Shown here one piece after another: positions 54,701-64,000 of a DNA stretch of 64,000 nucleotides. The stretch comes from Antedon mediterranea (taxonomy: Eukaryota > Animalia > Echinodermata): positions 7,316,001 to 7,380,000 of the forward strand of contig NC_092671.1 in NCBI RefSeq assembly GCF_964355755.1. Direction: 5' to 3'. The stretch's first letter is position 1. Every line of letters starts with the position of its first letter. Below the pieces are notes generated by a model, which searched no databases, was not told the origin of the DNA, and saw only the letters and a list, made by a program, of their open reading frames with translations. The translations under genes and the position numbers were made by a program.

Positions 54701-57700
54701 ATTTTTTCTATTAATCTTAATTTGTCATGTTTTTGGGAACAATAGATCTTTTACACTTTCATTCACTGCATGCAACTCAAATAGTAAATTTTCTTTTGGA
54801 TGATCCAAAGTCGAATAACATTCGTAAACTTACGTTTTTTACTCTAGCTTTCGCTGGTCAACGACGCAGCTTAATCATGAGTGAGTCTCTGTGACTTGGA
54901 CTTGTTACTATTAGATCTCGTATATGGTATAGCGCCATCTATAGAATTTTATTCGACTTTGGATCATCCAAAACTATTTAATATACTATACAGTGATCCA
55001 GATGAACCTTTTTACTAACACTGCAACTCACTTCACTAAATGTTCCTTTATACATTTGTATAGCCATATTCAACTTTATATTCCTTTCAGAAGTTTATTT
55101 GCACAGGTTTAGAGTTCACTTAGGCTGTTATTTACATAAAGTTTGTTTGTTCAATAGTTTTGGAATGGGAGTCAATATTGTATATAAAATGAAGTTGAGG
55201 TCATCTCTATACAGTCAGTCACTCATAAGTTAAACATCTCTTGACTGGGGCAGATGCTAACGTTTGCTTGAGGGAAGACTTACTAAGTTAATCATCTCTT
55301 GACTGGGGCAGATGCTAACGTTTGCTTGAGGGAAGACTTACTAAGTTAAACATCTCTTGACTGGGGCAGATGCTAACTTTTGCTTGAGGGAAGACTTACC
55401 AAATTGCTACAATGTGTAAATTAGAATAGAGACAATATTATTTATAGGGTAGCCTATATACGATGTCTTGTAACTAAGACACTGGAGTATACAGATTATA
55501 TGTAAGGTTAAATTCATGCTCAATGCTAATGGGGGTCTCGTCCTGAACCCAAACTTAAAGCATTTTGGGATCACTGAATGTGTCTCTCATACATAGACCA
55601 TTTCAATTCCTACTACACTTGTTCTTGTGTTTAGTACAACCCATTTTTTTTTCAACATCAGGTATGATTTAAGTGTTAAGTAGGTATAATTAGTGATGTA
55701 GACACGAGAAATAAAGTGGTTCGCACAAAAGGGGAACAATCTCTGTTCAAGCCACAGTGAAATAGTGGTCAGGTCAGTGAAACTTTACCTGTACTGGTGG
55801 CTATGGCTCTAAATACTGTTTTTTATTTAAATTCTCAGTGATTTTTTTTTGTAAAGCACTATTTAATTGTGGGCCAATTGTAACTACAAGAAAACCGTAT
55901 GACAAACTCTGTACATAGAAAAGAAAAGAGAAATAAATGTTCTGAAATGAAATTTTAGAAATGTTTCCAATTTAGAGTTTAACAGTTTGAACAAATTGTA
56001 CCATGTACCATATACTAGACAATATATTGAAATACAACTCTTTCATAATGCATGGAAGCTAATCTAGCAGAAAGAAACATAAATAAATCAACGATTAACA
56101 ATTTAGATAAACTGTATTGTTAATAATATTACTTCAGTACTAGCCTTATATGCCTACGGTATCATACTTTAATGATTTTCTGAAAAATATGTAACATGGA
56201 AAAGGAAAATACAGAAACAGAAAAACTTTTGTATGCTACAGTTTAGTATTCATGTTTGAAGAAAATATGCGACTATTATAGTAAGCTCTGTCAAACTGTG
56301 ACAAACAAGTAAGCTCTGTCAAACTGTGACAAACAAATGTGATGTGCTGTGCCCATATATGGACATGATGATGTCATATCACTAAAATATTTAAGCATAT
56401 CACTACCATATTTGGGAATTTGTCAAACTAATTTGATAGTGTAGACAGAGCTTTAAGAATAGCAATAAAATAAAACTGAAAGTGTGAGACAGTAAAAAAA
56501 ACATTGACCCTGGAGAGGAAAAGATTTGAACAGAAGTTAAGTAGACTAACTAACCTACTGATTCTTTAAAAAAAGCAGACACTTTTTTGTATTCGTTTTT
56601 TTCCCTACCATTTGATATGCATAGCAATACGTTATTGTGTAGCATTGGTGAAAATGTTCCTTGTATTTTGACCATAAATGAGCATGTTACCTAATAGTAT
56701 AACCTCTATAACCACAATTGACAAAACAGTCCAACAGGCGCAACCATTAATCAACATAGTTACATCCTAAAAAGCCCATAAAATGTCCATATAGGCTTGT
56801 TGAGAGTTTGTAACTGATATGGCCCAATGCAAGATTGAGTGTCCAATTAATAGCCCTTTGATCTGTATACCATGGGTTAAGTGGCAAGGTTATGTGGCTA
56901 ACAAACATGGCTAATAAATTATATACATTACTAAAATGCAGGCTATTTATATACTTTTTTATTAATAATATGATTTATAGAAAAGGAAGTTTCTAAGAAA
57001 ATATTAAAAATCTGTAAATAAAGTTCATATGATTTGAAAAGTCTGTAACAATTTGCACCAGCTATTAACTAAAACGAAATTAAATCGATGTGCATACAGA
57101 CAGTAGTTATTGCTGTAGAGGAAAAGACAAATTTTTATAAAGGTGATGCAATTATTATGTTTTGTCAACAGACAAACGCAGTTCAATGTTTATGTGTTCA
57201 GAAACAATAACCAACATTATTTTTGTATTATTTATTTTCAGAGCCAAGACCTTAGTAAGCAATGTCTATGCTATGCCTCCTCTAATGCGTGGGACAAACA
57301 ATTTATCTTTGCCGACAATTGTAATAAAAAGAATTTCTTTCAACTTAACCGAAAGTTAACTTTTACTTTACGGTCCATGTCTACCACCAAGACCCACATT
57401 GGAAATAAAATCAATACTCTTGCTGCCTTGTTGCTATAGCTACTGATGCTACAAAGTCAAAAGTCATTGCATCCTGATCTTTTGGTATAATTCACTGCTT
57501 TTTGTCAGGTTACAGTTTTTAACTGCTATTCCATATATTGGATTTACAACATATTCGGCAATACCATTACATGAATCATTCTAAACAATATTTAATAATA
57601 TGCATCCGAGGCCTATTATTAATCTTTTTCCTATAAGTTATTGCAACTCTACTTTTTGGCCATATATACCAATCACACTTAAGTGAGATATTTCACTTAA

Positions 57701-60700
57701 CTCAATAAATATGTAAGTTATTCACTTAGATACGATATTTATTATAATTTTAAGGGTATTTCCCTTAGTCTAAGTGTGATAGGTAAATACGGCCAAAAGT
57801 TACCAAAAAATTTTGTTCTATAGGCATTCACACAGTCAAAAACAAAAAGACCACAAAAAAAGTCTGTGAAATAATATACAAGTTATGTTGATGATGCAAA
57901 ATGATCCAAAACAACTATGGAACTCACAGGCCAGCTTCATTAGCAGATAGGTGTTACTACAATACAAAAGCAATTAAGCAAGTGCTAACAAATGTGATAT
58001 GATACAATCATGAACGCAACACCTGGTATGGAAATATATAATGTAAAGACCTTCTATTAAGAAGATGAATCTGTCCACGAGTTTTGTATGGCCTTACACC
58101 TCTGTAAATTGAATGATCCTTTATGGATATGAATGAAAGAAAGATGTAGACACGGAATTATAGTAGATTTAATCATCCATGGGTTCTGCTGTATATCCTC
58201 AATATGTACATAATATGTTTGATTTTGGTTGAAAAAAATGTTGAATTGAATACAGTTAATAAAATACCAATTATTATACAGTGCATCATTTCTGCCAAAC
58301 TTTCTGCTAAGAGTGGCCATAATAAAATGCCTTCTAGATTACCAAATGTTAATAGGGTGCACTTTGAAAACACATCCACATCATACAGCTTTAAAAAATA
58401 ACTTCATCCCATTAATTAGGGTTTTTAATTAGAAGTTGATGAAATAAATTTCATTTTCATACTCATACTATCAGCAACAGTCTTGGAACAATTTAGTATG
58501 TGAATTTATGAGATTTAGGTACAGAAGAAAATGCGCTATATTTTCAGGTTGGCAAAAACATTGACCTACAAAATATGGTATCTATTGCCAAATATCATAT
58601 TAAATCCACAAATAATTTAGATTGAAATACCATATTTAAAAATATATTCAATTCAATGGATTATTTGAATTTGATTAAAACAATCTTATCCTTTAGTTTT
58701 GTATCATGTATTAACTATTATGAAGATGTCAACTTGAAATCTGATGTTATAAGTTTTTGAGAATTCTTGATTATATCTTATAATCAATATTATGAAAACT
58801 AAAATAGATGACACTATAATCCAACCATCATCAAACTCTAATCACTATCTGATCTAAAAATCAAATATTAATATTAAGGTTTAAAGGTCACTATCCCAGA
58901 ACACATTCCCACTATATCTTTCAAGTAACCTATAAACAAAACGGTGAGGATAAGGAAATTCAATGAATAACCTGGATGTGAAATATACATAAAAACAATC
59001 AGATGAAACACAAGATGAGTAGGTTGTAGTTAATGGATGAGCAAGGTACTTCCTTGTGAGTTTATTTATCTTGCTATTTCTCATGCCAGCTTTCTTTCAT
59101 CAAGATCCAATGGAAAACCATGATTATGTACAATAAATCTAAGATGGAATAGTGTAATATGGTAAACCAACAAAGGGATAGGAAAAACAGCTAATCATAC
59201 AAAATATCAATAAAAATACACATACAAAACTATTGAAATTTCCTATTTCCTATCTAAGTTTTTTTTTTATTTTTAACTTAACTTTTTGATGTTAGTTGTA
59301 TATTATATTATATTTTTAATGTTGTTAATTTATTGTAATGTAGCAATTCAGATACTATACTATACTATAAATACAGTATTTACTATACAAATTTGTTAAG
59401 ATCACAGACATTTATTATAACAGCTCACTGTACACCAACAACTTATCAACATACATTATAATGTAATCTATGTATATATAATTATAATAAAAGTCGGAAA
59501 ACCCACAAGACAAACAAAATTATGTAACAAATTGTTTCTTTTCAGAAAAACAATTTTCAAGATTAAACTTTGGTAACCATAGCTTAACGCATGTACAGTA
59601 CCACTGTTAAGAGCTATTGGTAAATTCTATACCAGGTATACCGTATCTATAAACCTCTTGATCCATTTAACCAAGGTTCATTAACATAAGCTAGGGATTT
59701 GAACATGGTGGAAAAGAGGCAACGTTAGGTAACCTTTGATAACAAAGTGCTGGCTTATTTTAGGAAATCGTTTAGGGATCAATGCATACTTTACTAAACT
59801 GGAAGGTTTAAAATGACGTTATATTACATGCCTGACTTCTCAAGGAATGTATCAACCCAACAAGGACCATATTATAGAATAAAATTATAAAATTTTTCAT
59901 TGACCATGATATTAGTAATAGTAGGCCTAAGGTAAAGTAAAAACATGAATGCAATTCGGTATGTTCAATTTCATCCAATACCAAATTTAAACATTTGATG
60001 TACAATTTATTGGTTTTACCTTTATCATAGATATTTAGTAATTGTCGGCGCAACGGTAAAATAAAACAACTACTAAATGTATAAAGTAAGTATGCCATTT
60101 ATTCCAAGTGAATCAAGTGAGGATTCTCAATAAACATATAAAATATACAATATACAATGTTTGATAAGACAGAGCAATAAAACGGTGTAGCTACATGACT
60201 AGTTGAGAAAAGAGTGTGTTAATAATGTGGTCAGTACATGGTAGGTCTGCTACAGATATATCTTGTGTTTATTTTGTACGTTTTATCAAACGTTCAGTTT
60301 GTATACAAAAATTGGATAGGCCACCCTCAATAAATAGAAATTCAAATCATATTTAATACACAGCGTTTTATTTAACTTTAGAATTTATTATCTATAGTTT
60401 TAATTTTGTTTTATTTTTTTACAGCATATATACTGCAACTTCAATGAAAACACTTTAATGCCATAGTTGAAGAATTGAAAGTTATTACAAACTTACTAAA
60501 CAATTGGATTAAAATTAATAAAATATTTTACTACGGCATTGTACCATTGATTAGAAAGTTACTATATTCTTCTACTTCTACATATAAATCAAAAAACTCA
60601 TGAAGAACTTAGGCCAGTTGCAAAACAGCATATTTCTCATTTCCGCAATACCAGGCACTCAATCATCATAAAAAGTCAAAAAATTCTTTATAGTCCTGTT

Positions 60701-62113
60701 GATGGTAAAATAACTGATATTTATCTAAGCTACTTGGGTAAGAACAACAAAGTTACAATAAAACTTGTATCATATGACCGCCCACTTTATGTCAAAAAAC
60801 AGTTGAGCATTCAAGTATTATTTTAAAGTTATTGATGGAAATAAATATACTTTTCATAATAAGGGCTATTGTATCAATGAAACATATCTATTTCAGCCAG
60901 AACTAAAAACATTTGATCCTGTAAATATATATAAAGTAGTAACTTCTAGAAGTTTATCATTTTATACAACTTGGAATGTTAAACATTGTAAGATATATGT
61001 CATATTTATAGTAATCGGATTGGAACAAAAAACTGTGTAAAACAGTTGAACTGTGGATATTTATTAACCACTTGATATAAATTATGTGATTCTTTATTCT
61101 GTTTCTAATCTATGCTGTTAGTGTTACAATAGTGGCAGGGAACAACCTGGCTAAATCATTAGCAGACAAATAGTTTCTGGCTAATTATTAATAATAACAT
61201 TTTTTTATAGAATAATCTGTGAGAAATTTACAGTTTCTCAAGAAAATTAGATCCACACGGTTTGGGAGGTCTGTCTTTTGAAGTATACAGGACAATGTAA
61301 TACCTGTACCTCTGTAATTCACCTTATAAACTAATGTGGGTGGATGCATGTCTGTTTGCTGTTTTAAATTTAACAATGTTTGTGAAAACAAACAATGTAT
61401 ACCTACTACCAAGTAATCTGATAAACCAAGTATTCAAATATAGATTTTAGAGATATTATTTTTGTTTTGTGATGGTTATAAACGCTTTCCTTGAGTTTAA
61501 AAAACAAATGTTAATTAAGAATACTTTATAGAAGTAGTTAATAACTTTGGAGAAGAAGAACTGAATTGATTCCTAAACTAAAGTTGTTTTTTTTATACAA
61601 TTATTATGCATATATTTAGTAGAATTGGATGCCAATGACATAATAAATTCAATTTAGGGTTAATGGCAATAACCTCGGTTAAAAATGCTGGCTTTAATTT
61701 GTTAATGGGAGTAAATTAGAAAAGACCTGTATTCTCACCTGTCCAAGGTCGATGGTGACATTGACGGCATTATAGGTTGATCCTCTGGACAAAGGAGGGC
61801 TTTGCCACCATCTTTCAGTACCATCTATTGCGTATTCAACTGGATGTCTTGATAGAAGATCGGTCATTTCGCAAGAATCACAATACTGTCCATTGACAAT
61901 GATATCTTTTTCACTCGGACGAAAGCCGTCGCCAGTGTTGCCGGTAATTTTACAGTACAGCTCATCGCCTTGGTCCCCACACGTTGAAGTTGCCGAGATC
62001 TTCTTACCCTGGGCGATGTTGAATGAGGGTGGACTGAGGGCTTGGTTTTGGCATTGGATCATCCCAACGCCTAAAAAGCACACACATATGGCAAATGTAA
62101 TTTTAGAAGACAT
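12713..62113 (-). CDS. LAMA5: Laminin subunit alpha, alpha-3/5 (LanA)-type, ~70 coding exons: signal peptide, LN, LE repeats, long IVb globule, LE, L4/IVa, LE, coiled coil, LG1-5
   Basis: Exon 1 61739-62113 ([55 protein letters not shown]); LN exons 53957-54193 and 53186-53570 ([20 protein letters not shown]); many Cys-rich LE exons 52847-46738 and 40077-36786; L4 exons ~36371-32781 ([12 protein letters not shown]); heptad exons ~27374-22625; five LG modules 22392-12713 ending [18 protein letters not shown]. The splice junctions I checked keep frame. Confidence 0.95.
12903..12950 (-). ncRNA. Type I hammerhead ribozyme fold (A3-U8 core variant) in the last laminin intron
   Basis: Minus strand reads UUGCA-AUGACUA-GAUCU(AAUA)AGAUC-GAA-ACAGUACUGU-C-UGCAG: stem I, core NUGANNA, stem II, GAAA, palindromic stem III, GUC cleavage triplet. 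Confidence 0.7.
13592..13788. mobile_element. 197-bp TIR element with 6-bp TSD; partial second copy at ~52265-52338
   Basis: CAGGCCTGGTCTTTT / AAAAGACAAGGCCTG; TAACAA on both flanks. Confidence 0.7.
15776..15905. mobile_element. MITE family A copy (partial)
   Basis: AGCTCTGTCAAA..TGTGATGTGCCCATATATGGA..CTACCATATTTGGGCAC. Confidence 0.7.
17378..17660 (-). mobile_element. L2-clade LINE 3' fragment
   Basis: ORF2 C-terminus [35 protein letters not shown], then a 3' UTR with GCGCTTTACAAAT and a (TTA)n tail. Confidence 0.75.
17710..20290 (+). repeat. Three dispersed copies of an unclassified repeat end (~17710-17790, 19441-19510, 20203-20285)
   Basis: Shared AACACCT(A)AAT..TTCTTGTCATTTGATTG..GTGGGTCACATG. 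Confidence 0.6.
22425..22554. mobile_element. MITE family A copy (a reversed partial copy lies at ~23221-23330)
   Basis: AGCTCTGTCTACACTA..TTTGATAGTGTAGACAAGGCT. Confidence 0.7.
23758..24057. mobile_element. 300-bp TIR element carrying a tRNA-like Pol III promoter
   Basis: 18-bp perfect TIR GTACATAAGTTGGGGACC / GGTCCCCAACTTATGTAC; internal minus-strand A box TAGTTGAGTGG and B box GGTTCGAATCC (~23865-23930). Confidence 0.65.
25528..26064. mobile_element. MITE family A copy split by a LINE 3' fragment (~25583-25977, minus)
   Basis: MITE halves 25528-25582 and 25978-26064 join at CCCATATATG|GACATG; the insert encodes [37 protein letters not shown] (CR1/L2-type ORF2 end) plus a 3' UTR. Confidence 0.75.
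26446..26578. mobile_element. MITE family A copy, reverse orientation
   Basis: Reverse complement of the family A internal sequence with both TIRs. Confidence 0.75.
26856..27001. mobile_element. hAT-like MITE family B (further copies 43864-44009, 55691-55811)
   Basis: CAGTGCTGTAGCCAC..AGAAATAAAGTGG..GGTCAGGTTGAAAC..GTAGCTATGGCCCTG is shared by three loci. Confidence 0.7.
29369..29499. mobile_element. Harbinger-like MITE
   Basis: AGCCAATTTTCCACTA / TAGTGGAAAATAGGCT inverted termini, TAA/TTA flanks. Confidence 0.55.
30086..30783 (+). mobile_element. Helentron-associated non-autonomous element (HINE/DINE-1-like)
   Basis: Subterminal IR ACCTCCGCC (30091) / GGCGGAGGT (30749), short 5' IR (AGGAGG), (GTTT)n microsatellite, 3' end ..CTTTCTAG, inserted in a T-run. 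Confidence 0.7.
34589..35857. repeat. 47-bp minisatellite, ~27 near-identical copies
   Basis: Unit AATTAGGAGTATCCCCTGTATGGTATGTCCCCTGAATAGAGGTTTCC. Confidence 0.97.
35905..36209 (+). mobile_element. Full-length tRNA-derived SINE with CORE-like domain and L2-type tail
   Basis: A box TGGCGCAGTG, B box GGTTCGAATCC, TCCTTAGGCAAGATACTT..CTCTCTCCACCCAGGTGTATAAATGGG, tail AGCGCTTAGAG..GGCGCTATATAAAT..(TAT)n. Confidence 0.8.
36382..36522. repeat. 29-bp tandem repeat, ~5 copies
   Basis: ATAATACAAAGATATAACTAACTGATATA repeated. Confidence 0.9.
36684..36757. repeat. 74-bp loopless palindrome
   Basis: 37-bp arms, 35/37 complementary. Confidence 0.9.
37028..37151. mobile_element. MITE family A copy
   Basis: Diverged family A sequence with both termini. 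Confidence 0.65.
37188..38345 (-). mobile_element. 5'-truncated CR1/Jockey-group LINE, reverse transcriptase C-terminal half (open ~340 codons)
   Basis: [56 protein letters not shown] motifs; (TAAAA)n tail at ~37188-37215. Confidence 0.92.
38860..39010. mobile_element. Tc1/pogo-type MITE family C (related copies ~40510-40592, 42582-42700, 42841-42999, 53825-53935)
   Basis: TA-CAGTAGAACCTCTATTAAGGGGACAC..GTCCCCTGAATA..GGTTCTACTG-TA termini. Confidence 0.55.
40260..40505 (+). mobile_element. tRNA-derived SINE
   Basis: A box TGGCTTGGTGG, B box GGTTCAAGTCC, poly(A) end. Confidence 0.7.
41369..41687 (-). mobile_element. Full-length Deu/Nin-domain SINE inserted in a MITE family A copy (41282-41368 + 41689-41768)
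   Basis: A box TGGCCGAGCGG, B box GGTTCGAG, core TCGGATAAGGACTATAAACCGTAGGTCC..GCACTTTAAAGAACC..GAGTAGGGGGTTACCCCGGTG resembling the AmnSINE1/DeuSINE domain. Confidence 0.8.
44531..44728. repeat. 48-bp tandem repeat x4 inside a dispersed repeat (~44497-44790)
   Basis: ACAAAATGACAATGCTGTGGGTATCAGTGGCTGGATCTCAATGGAGAT; single-unit relatives at 30791-30866 and 51330-51434 (reverse). Confidence 0.9.
46103..46545 (-). mobile_element. LINE 3' fragment (CR1/L2 group)
   Basis: [33 protein letters not shown], 3' UTR, (TTGAA)n tail. Confidence 0.7.
46885..47208 (-). mobile_element. Rex1/Babar-like LINE 3' fragment
   Basis: [27 protein letters not shown] and a (TTGAA)n tail. Confidence 0.65.
47290..47402. 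mobile_element. MITE family A copy, TAA TSD
   Basis: TAA-AGCTCTGTCTACACTATCAAA..TTTGATAGTGTAGATAGAGCT-TAA. Confidence 0.8.
47935..48075 (+). mobile_element. Degenerate tRNA-derived SINE head
   Basis: ACTTGGTGGTT..GGATTCAAATCC..ATCCTTGGCAA. Confidence 0.4.
48958..49795. repeat. 18-bp minisatellite, ~46 copies
   Basis: Unit CATGATTCAGTTAAA(C/T)GG. Confidence 0.97.
52947..53103. mobile_element. MITE family A copy (near consensus, full length)
   Basis: TAA-AGCTCTGTCTACACTATCAAA..TTTGATAGTGTAGACAGAGCT-TTA. Confidence 0.85.
54794..54973 (-). mobile_element. Penelope-like element/retrozyme remnant bounded by a 25-bp perfect inverted repeat
   Basis: TTTTGGATGATCCAAAGTCGAATAA (54794-54818) and its exact reverse complement (54949-54973) enclose the hammerhead fold. 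Confidence 0.55.
54839..54886 (-). ncRNA. Minimal type I hammerhead ribozyme fold (A3-U8 core variant), Penelope-like
   Basis: Minus strand reads ACUC-AUGAUUA-A-GCUG(CGUCGUUGAC)CAGC-GAA-AGCU-A-GAGU: 4-bp stem I, stem II, minimal palindromic AGCU stem III. Confidence 0.6.
55226..55399. repeat. 58-bp tandem repeat x3
   Basis: TAAGTTAAACATCTCTTGACTGGGGCAGATGCTAACGTTTGCTTGAGGGAAGACTTAC. Confidence 0.92.
56283..56452. mobile_element. MITE family A copy with duplicated left end
   Basis: AAGCTCTGTCAAACTGTGACAAACAA occurs twice, followed by the family A body and right TIR. Confidence 0.75.
57651..57800. mobile_element. Small TIR element
   Basis: TTTTGGCCATATATACCAATCACACTTA / TAAGTGTGATAGGTAAATACGGCCAAAA. 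Confidence 0.55.
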
Positions 62114-62189
62114 TATCGCAATATATTTACCTATTACGAAAAAAGGTTTAGGCACACAGTGCAGCACATTTAACCCAACCACTTTCTTC

Positions 62190-62320
62190 GGTCGCTCTCA
62201 ATCAGTGATTAGATTTGTTTACTAAGCACGATGACGATTAGGTGATAGTGGAGGGCTTTGCATGATTTCAACCAATCAGAACGCTCGAGGTAAACTTATT
62301 ACAGCATGGGCCTATAAACA
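62190..62320 (-). promoter_or_regulatory. Putative laminin alpha proximal promoter
   Basis: Immediately upstream of the ATG (62113); CCAATCAG at ~62272 and a CpG-richer stretch. Confidence 0.3.
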
Positions 62321-62749
62321 CACACCAGGGAATTTTAATAGCAAATAGTTTGCGTGTGGCTGAATAAATCAATGAATAAATCACAAGAAAATCGGCACCT
62401 TGTCGGAACATAATACCTTGGAATTGTTTTAAATGTTTTGCTTTTCTTTAATCTTGATGTGTGTGTGAATTAACAACCAAAGATAAAGACAACACACTTA
62501 ACATTTTCAGTACTTTATTCACAAATTCCTACAAGACACTATTAAAGTTACAAAGAATACGAAAAGCACACAACACTATTCAAGATGATAACCTCTTGAA
62601 TTCTAATCGTTTTTAATAATTTAATTCTTAATTTAATCAAATAGAAGCACACTGATAAGTACTAAATCTGACGAATATCTGCCTCAGTCATGTGACATCA
62701 CATGACACCGAAAGCAGCCTATATAAAACACTATAAATGAACCATCCAT

Positions 62750-63320
62750 AATATATGGATGTGACTATTATAAAGGATAATCAACAATTCGGATATCACT
62801 GTTACAGGACAATCCAGAATACAGGGATGTCATTATTAAGGGACAATCCAAAATACAGGGATGTCACTATGATGGGACAATCTGCAATTATAAGAATGTC
62901 ACTCTATTATGAAGGAACAATCCAATATACATGGATGTCACTCTATGAAAGGACAATCCACTATACATGGATGTCACTCTATTATGAAGGAACAATCCAC
63001 TATACATGGATGTCACTCTATGAAAGGACAATCCACTATACATGGATGTCACTCTATGAAGGGACAATCCACTATACATGGATGTCACTCTATGAAGGGA
63101 CAATCCACTATACATGGATGTCACTCTATGAAGGGACAATCCACTATACATGGATGTCACTCTATGAAGGGACAATCCAAAATACAAGGATGTCACTATG
63201 ATGGACAATCCACAATATAGGTATGTCGTTATGATGGGACAATCCACAATATACAGCCTATGAAAGGACAATCCACAATTCATGGATGTCTACTAAAAAG
63301 GACGATCCACCATACAGAGA
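62750..63320. repeat. 36-39-bp minisatellite, ~15 copies with degenerate edges
   Basis: Unit ATGGATGTCACTCTATGAAGGGACAATCCACTATAC. Confidence 0.92.
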
Positions 63321-64000
63321 TCAGGATAACTACAAAGGTAAAAAGACAAATTAAACACTTAACAGCTTTTTAAAGTCGTAAGGATAGTAACGTAACCAAA
63401 GACAACAGAATTCATAGTAATTCTGCATTACGTAACATACTAAAAATTGTTTGGAGATATACAACATTGGATACATCAGACAGAAAAACAAAATCTAAGT
63501 TCTTTATCCTACAAATTTACACAAATTTCTCGCACACAATAAACAGTGTTCATAAATAGCATAGCATTTGTTTATATCGTGTATGGTAAAGCTATTTTTT
63601 GTTATCGTAAAAAAATGTAATGTAGCCTATACAAAGCTTATCGAAAACAGCTCCTTTGTACATAATCTGCTATAATTACAAGTTCATTCAACAAATTGAG
63701 ATCTACAAATTAACATTGTTTTTGTTAATTTAAATTAGTATTTAGACAGACTTATTGGTTCATTGATTACATTAATTCGGGAATGATCCGTGATATAATA
63801 CTACAGAATGAATTAATACACTATTTATTTGAATACTGTACATAACAATATACGATGTAACAAACAAAAAAATGTATTCTTAAATATCCTAAAAACACTA
63901 TTCACATTTGTCAAAGCATTTTTTTAACTCAAAAAGAAACTACTACGGTAATATCTTAGTAATAAATACAATAACACAAATACATTATCACCATGGTAAC

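Noticed and set aside
54194-61738. Nested gene in the 7.5-kb laminin intron 1
   Set aside because: Only short, AT-biased ORFs without motifs or a consistent exon chain; scattered TCF/TEAD-like words are too short to call.
62668-62720. CTGACGA...GAAA as a hammerhead
   Set aside because: The bases adjoining the two core segments do not pair to form stem II, and stems I and III are absent.

Overview
AT-rich animal (invertebrate) genomic DNA; a Deu/Nin-domain SINE and the gene structures suggest a non-vertebrate deuterostome such as an echinoderm (inference only). Three spliced genes were reconstructed by hand: PHF14 (minus, ~17 coding exons, 1126-9203), head-to-head with NDUFA4/COXFA4 (plus, 4 exons, 10123-11252, one GC-AG intron), and an apparently intact ~70-exon laminin alpha-3/5 (LanA-type) gene (minus, 12713-62113). 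The introns are dense with small mobile elements: ~12 copies of one Harbinger-type MITE, hAT-, pogo- and Pangu-like MITEs, a Helentron-type HINE, tRNA-derived SINEs, LINE 3' fragments including a ~1.1-kb open RT fragment, and several minisatellites, two of which appear to have grown out of dispersed repeats. The most unusual signal is two sequence-unrelated type I hammerhead ribozyme folds in laminin introns (12903-12950 and 54839-54886). Both are on the pre-mRNA sense strand and both carry a compensatory A3-U8 core in place of canonical C3-G8. Exon coordinates were read by eye and may be off by a few bases.
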